This document shows positions 59,543 to 64,000 of a stretch of DNA of 64,000 nt, piece by piece. The position numbers were made by a program, and so were the translations under genes. The notes beneath the pieces were generated by a model. That model had not been told where the DNA came from and did not search any database. It was given only the letters and a program-made list of their open reading frames with translations. This stretch comes from Squalus acanthias. Taxonomy: Eukaryota. The first letter of the stretch is position 1. The number at the start of each line of letters is the position of its first letter. The DNA is taken from the NCBI GenBank assembly GCA_030390025.1, contig CM059432.1, forward strand, positions 96,040,001 through 96,104,000, given 5' to 3'.

Positions 59543-61224
59543 ATACTTTAAATATGCAGACCCGGTCTGATGATATCATCAGGACCCGATCTGTAATTTC
59601 AACTTGAGGCCTGTGCGGGGACGGGGTGGGGGGAGGGTGGTGGCACTGTCAGCTCCCCCATCAGGCAAACCTGCCGGGAGCTGTATCCTGGGACAGAAGA
59701 GGCTCCCGGTCTTTGCTAGAACCTCCACCCCACCCCCACTAGCCCCCCCCCCCCCCCTCCGGCTCTGACCTCCTGCCGCAAATTCCCGCTCCTGCCCGCC
59801 AGCCAGGTAGTCACTCTGTCCGGGTGACAGGCAGGACTTTGCAGAGTTTTATTTAAATGAGGCCCTGCCATATCGGGCCATGCCACTCCCTCACACCCTT
59901 CCCGTCCTCCGGTGAAAATCGAGGCCATTACCTTTCCAACTGTTCTGTGTGGTGATTTCTAGAAATATTACCACACTCCCAGAATCCCTGTTCTACTTTC
60001 CAAAAGACAATTAACTACTGAAAAAAAGGCAGCACAGTCACTGCAGAAAACTGGTTTTATTGGCACATAACAACAAAAATAATGTGCAAGGTTATCAAAT
60101 ACATTAAAAAAAAATCAGAATTCTGATATCCCCAGAGACCCCCTGAAGTCCATGGACTGCAGTTTGAAAATCTATATCCTACAGGGAGCACTATATTTGA
60201 AAGGCTATGCATAGGAGCATAGAGACAATAAATTATTCATCTACTGGTGTATCATTACTGTATTTTCAGAACATTAGATTTGCAAATGTTAGATTTGCAG
60301 CTTTAAAGTCAAGACCCATTTTGAATTACGAAACACCAATTTTGTTCTTTAGTCAATGGCATCATGAATACAAATATCAAAATAATGTTTGGGATAGTCT
60401 CTTTGGAGTTTGTAGTGTGCAAATGCAGCATTTAACCTGAACTACTTTAATAATGCAGAAGCTTTGGTACTTCCATAATTTTGAATCTATCTTGCTTTTT
60501 CTTCCCAAGGGTTAACAACTGAAGATAGGGTTGAGACACTGTGAAAATAAATTACCACTTTAAAATCCCCAAGTAAATACTGTGTTGGCTTTTACTGCTG
60601 GCATGAGTGGTTTATGAGCTTTACGTGTTTTAATCTTCATGAAGTACTAAGAATGAAAATCCTGGATTGTGATTTTACACTCACTCTGATGCTCATGATA
60701 TATTCATTGATTTCCACAGCACTGCTTGTGGTAGGATGTCTGAGCTGCGTTGATGATACCTCATTGCACTTCTAACAACTGTATATATTAAGTTATCTTG
60801 GATTAATCTATAAAGATAATGACAAGTTTGATGACTGGATCTTAAAGCATTGAGCAAAAAGAGAGGCTCATTATCAAAAGATTAAAGGAGAGGTGGAGAA
60901 CAACAACATTTTTCAAGTCACACTGTTTACGAAGGTGGTGGTTGCGATACAGTTTAGCTGCGATAGTGTAGAACCAAGAACACAATTAAAAGTTAAAATA
61001 CTAATTTAAGGAGTAAATATTTTAGAATTAACTGTTAACTTAAAGAATAGACCACCGTCTACAGCAGCAAATGCTGACTTGAGTTCAGAAAGGAAATGGA
61101 TAGATTTCTCTTTCAATAGTGAGTAGAAGGATACAGGCTTGGTGTCCCAGGTAGGCAGGAAATGAAGAACATATCATCTTAGATGTAAATGCAATGCATT
61201 AGTTGAGCTGAATAACTTATTTTA

Positions 61225-62210
61225 TTGGGACCACTGTTCTTTTTGATATATAATAATGACCTGGATTTGAACATACAGGGCATAATTTTAAAGCTTGCAG
61301 ATGACACAAAACTCAGAAATGTAGTAAACAATGTAGAGGATAGTAACAGACTTCAAGAGGGCATAGACAGACTGGTGAAATGGGCACACAGCTGGCAGGT
61401 GGAATTTAACGCGGAGAAGAAGTGAGAAGTGATACATTTTGGTAGGAAGAATGAGGAGCGGCAATATGAACTAAATGGTATCATTTTAAAGGGGGTGCAG
61501 GAACAGAGAGACCTGGGGGTGTATGTACACGAATCTTTGAAGGTGGCAGGACAAGTGAGAAAGCGGTTAAAAAAGCATATGTGATCCTTGGCTTTATTAA
61601 TAGGGGAATAGAGTGCAAAAGCGAGGAAGTCATGTTAAACCTTTATAAAACACTGGTTAAGCCTCAGCTGGAGTATTGTGTTCAATTCTGTGTACCACAT
61701 TTTAGGAAGAATGTCAAGGCCTTGGAGAGAGTGCAGAAGAGATTTACTAAAATGGTACCAGGGATGCGAGACTTTAGTTATGTGGAGAGACTGGAGATGC
61801 TGGGATTGTTCTCCTTAGAGCAGAGAAGGTTACGAGGAGATTTAATAGAGGTGTTCAAAATTATAAATGGGTTTGATAGAGTAAATAAGGAGAAACTGTT
61901 ACCAGTGGCAGAAGGGTCGGTAACCAGAGGACACAGATTTAAGTTGATGGGCAAAAGAACCAGAGACGACATGAGGAAACATTTTTTACATGGCGAGTTG
62001 ATGTGATCTGGAATGCACTGCCTGAAAGGGTGGTGGACGCAGATTCAATAATAACATTCAAAAGAGAATTGGAAAAATACTTGGAGAGAAAATTTACAGG
62101 GCTATGGGGAAAGAGCAGGGGATTGGGATTAATTGGATAGCTCTACCAAAGAGCTGGCACAGGCACGATGGGCTGAATGGCCTCCTTCTCTGCTGTATCA
62201 TTCTATGATG
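61225..62210 (+). mobile_element. CR1 3' portion (RT C-term to tail)
   Basis: ORFs 61225-61425 (KLADD) and 61581-62006 (LVKPQLEYCVQF), ending cattctatgat. Confidence 0.93.
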
Positions 62211-64000
62211 CTATTTTCTTTATTACCTCATGTTCTTAATTACATAATAGTGATGACATCACATCACCAAAATGGGCCAAAGAAAAAAAGGACAAAATTC
62301 AAATTAATTAAAGCTGCATTACACAAGAATAACTCTCCGATGTTCATGGCGTGACATTTTGAATTTCCATCCCGGGGGAGAGGAGGGGATGTGGGGGTGG
62401 GAAAGAGATTTTCTCTGTGCATTATGGTGAGTAAAATCATAAAGAAGTTTATAAATGCTTCATGATTTTGTCATGTAGCAAGCAGAGATAATTCCCTCTT
62501 CTTACAATTTAACAATGTAGTAGCTTTATTCAAAATACCATGCAAAATTACAATGAAAAATAGAACAAAGAATTTACTTAAGAAATAAGTGCCTTTGATT
62601 TAATTTTGCCCATCAAAGTCCTATATTTATAAAATCACTTAAAATTTGAACCATTTATATGAAAACCTTGATGCCAAGTTAGTTACTTCAAAATTACTGT
62701 TGAATAAATAGATGATATACAATAGGACATTGTTTTGATAGATGGCAGTTTCTGTTGTTATCTTGCTTATGTTGCTCATCATGCAATACTGAGGCCTATT
62801 TAAAATGTTTTAAGTACATTTTTACTTTGAGGGTGGGTGGGGGGGAGTGGCAGCTGGTTCCCTAATACATGATTAAAAACATGAGCCATGGTGGGTGTCT
62901 GGAATAGCTGCAGATAGTCAGTGACAGAGATCAAGGGTGAAACATGGTCAGAAAAAGCAGCAGGAGACAGGCACCTCATGGGGCATGATACTGCACAAAG
63001 AGCACAGCACAGGGAATGTATTGCTAGTTTCAGAAATAATCCACCACAAATGAACCAGTGCATTGATTCCTCATATGTGGCACAATCTTAATTATTAAAT
63101 GAACCTGTTTATTTACAATCTTTTTTATTGTCAAATAATCTTGAGCAATATCCTAATTTCAAAACAGTCTGAATCAAGAGGCTGATAATATGCTTCTAGC
63201 ACCAGCGTCATATGTACCTATGCACAAATGAGCTGACATCACCAGAGCAAACAAGATCAGCCGATCTGCATAACTTACTGGTTCTCCAAGTGCAGCTCAA
63301 TGAAGAGCTGGGAGTGCCAGGACTCCACTATCATGTACCAACAACCAGTGAAGGCTGGCTGTCTTTTGTGTGTGGTGCACTTTCCCTGCTTGGCAGAAAG
63401 GGCTTTGGGCATTGTGCAGTTGGGAAACGGGTATGGGGGACAGCAGGCAAGGGGATCATGAGTAGGGTAAGGATAAGGTATCTGAATTCATTTTTTAACA
63501 AATGGAATGTTGCCCCCCACCCCCGACCACCCCTCGGCACCTGTGCCAAAATGCTCAGGTGCTCCGGCTGCATTATGGGGCATCCACCACTTACACTGAA
63601 GTTCAAATTTTAATGAGTGTGTGCGCATGCTCCCAGAACCCTTTGCACTTTCTGTCTGCATTTGGAAGCGCTAAGCACCACAGGTGAGATGTAGGCCTTA
63701 GGCCCCCATGCACAATTTTCTGAGGATGTATTATTGGCGCCCAAAAGTATGCATGGATTAAAGACTAACTTCACCACTTGGTGGGTAACCTGGCTATTGT
63801 AGAATGTGCCTGACTTTCATTCCATTATAAATGTCTTAAAGTTGAAAGGAACCTAAACACATATTCCAGAAACAGTTTCCAGACATCTGAATCTGTTGTC
63901 TAATAAATTGGATGATTTTCAAGTAGTGTTGATTTAGCTCACATAATTTTCCAGCTGCCATGGCTGATTAGTGAATAAACCGACTTGTGCTACTATTAGA

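Larger units (their letters stand above)
58154..59926. mobile_element. Harbinger-type MITE hosting several retroelement insertions
   Basis: TIRs ggccccaatttt / aaaatcgaggcc. Interrupted at ~58205-59155 and 59316-59542. Confidence 0.75.

Overview
Eukaryotic, repeat-dense genomic DNA, most likely from a cartilaginous fish (inferred from the CR1, Deu-SINE and Penelope repeat families present). The window lies inside one minus-strand host gene, syntabulin (SYBU). Four internal coding exons are visible (57777-57974, 31251-31353, 22004-22201, 5284-5433), all with canonical AG/GT ends and compatible phases; the first and last exons lie outside the window. The introns hold nested, mostly decayed mobile elements: CR1 and L2 LINE fragments, SINEs, a Gypsy relic plus a related solo LTR, a TA-flanked Tc1/mariner-type MITE, and Penelope-type termini with hammerhead-ribozyme motifs. 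There is also a very diverse PIF/Harbinger population, including a convergent transposase + Myb/SANT relic and many MITEs. The best leads are: (1) a TSD-flanked 227-bp insertion with an intact hammerhead core on the SYBU sense strand, while three related motifs are damaged; (2) a 5'-truncated U1 snRNA copy abutting a SYBU 3' splice site; (3) a candidate in-frame 33-nt SYBU microexon; (4) Harbinger MITEs with splice donors on both strands and conserved hairpins. No intact autonomous element, CRISPR array or prokaryotic system is supported. All assignments come from reading and recall, not database searches.
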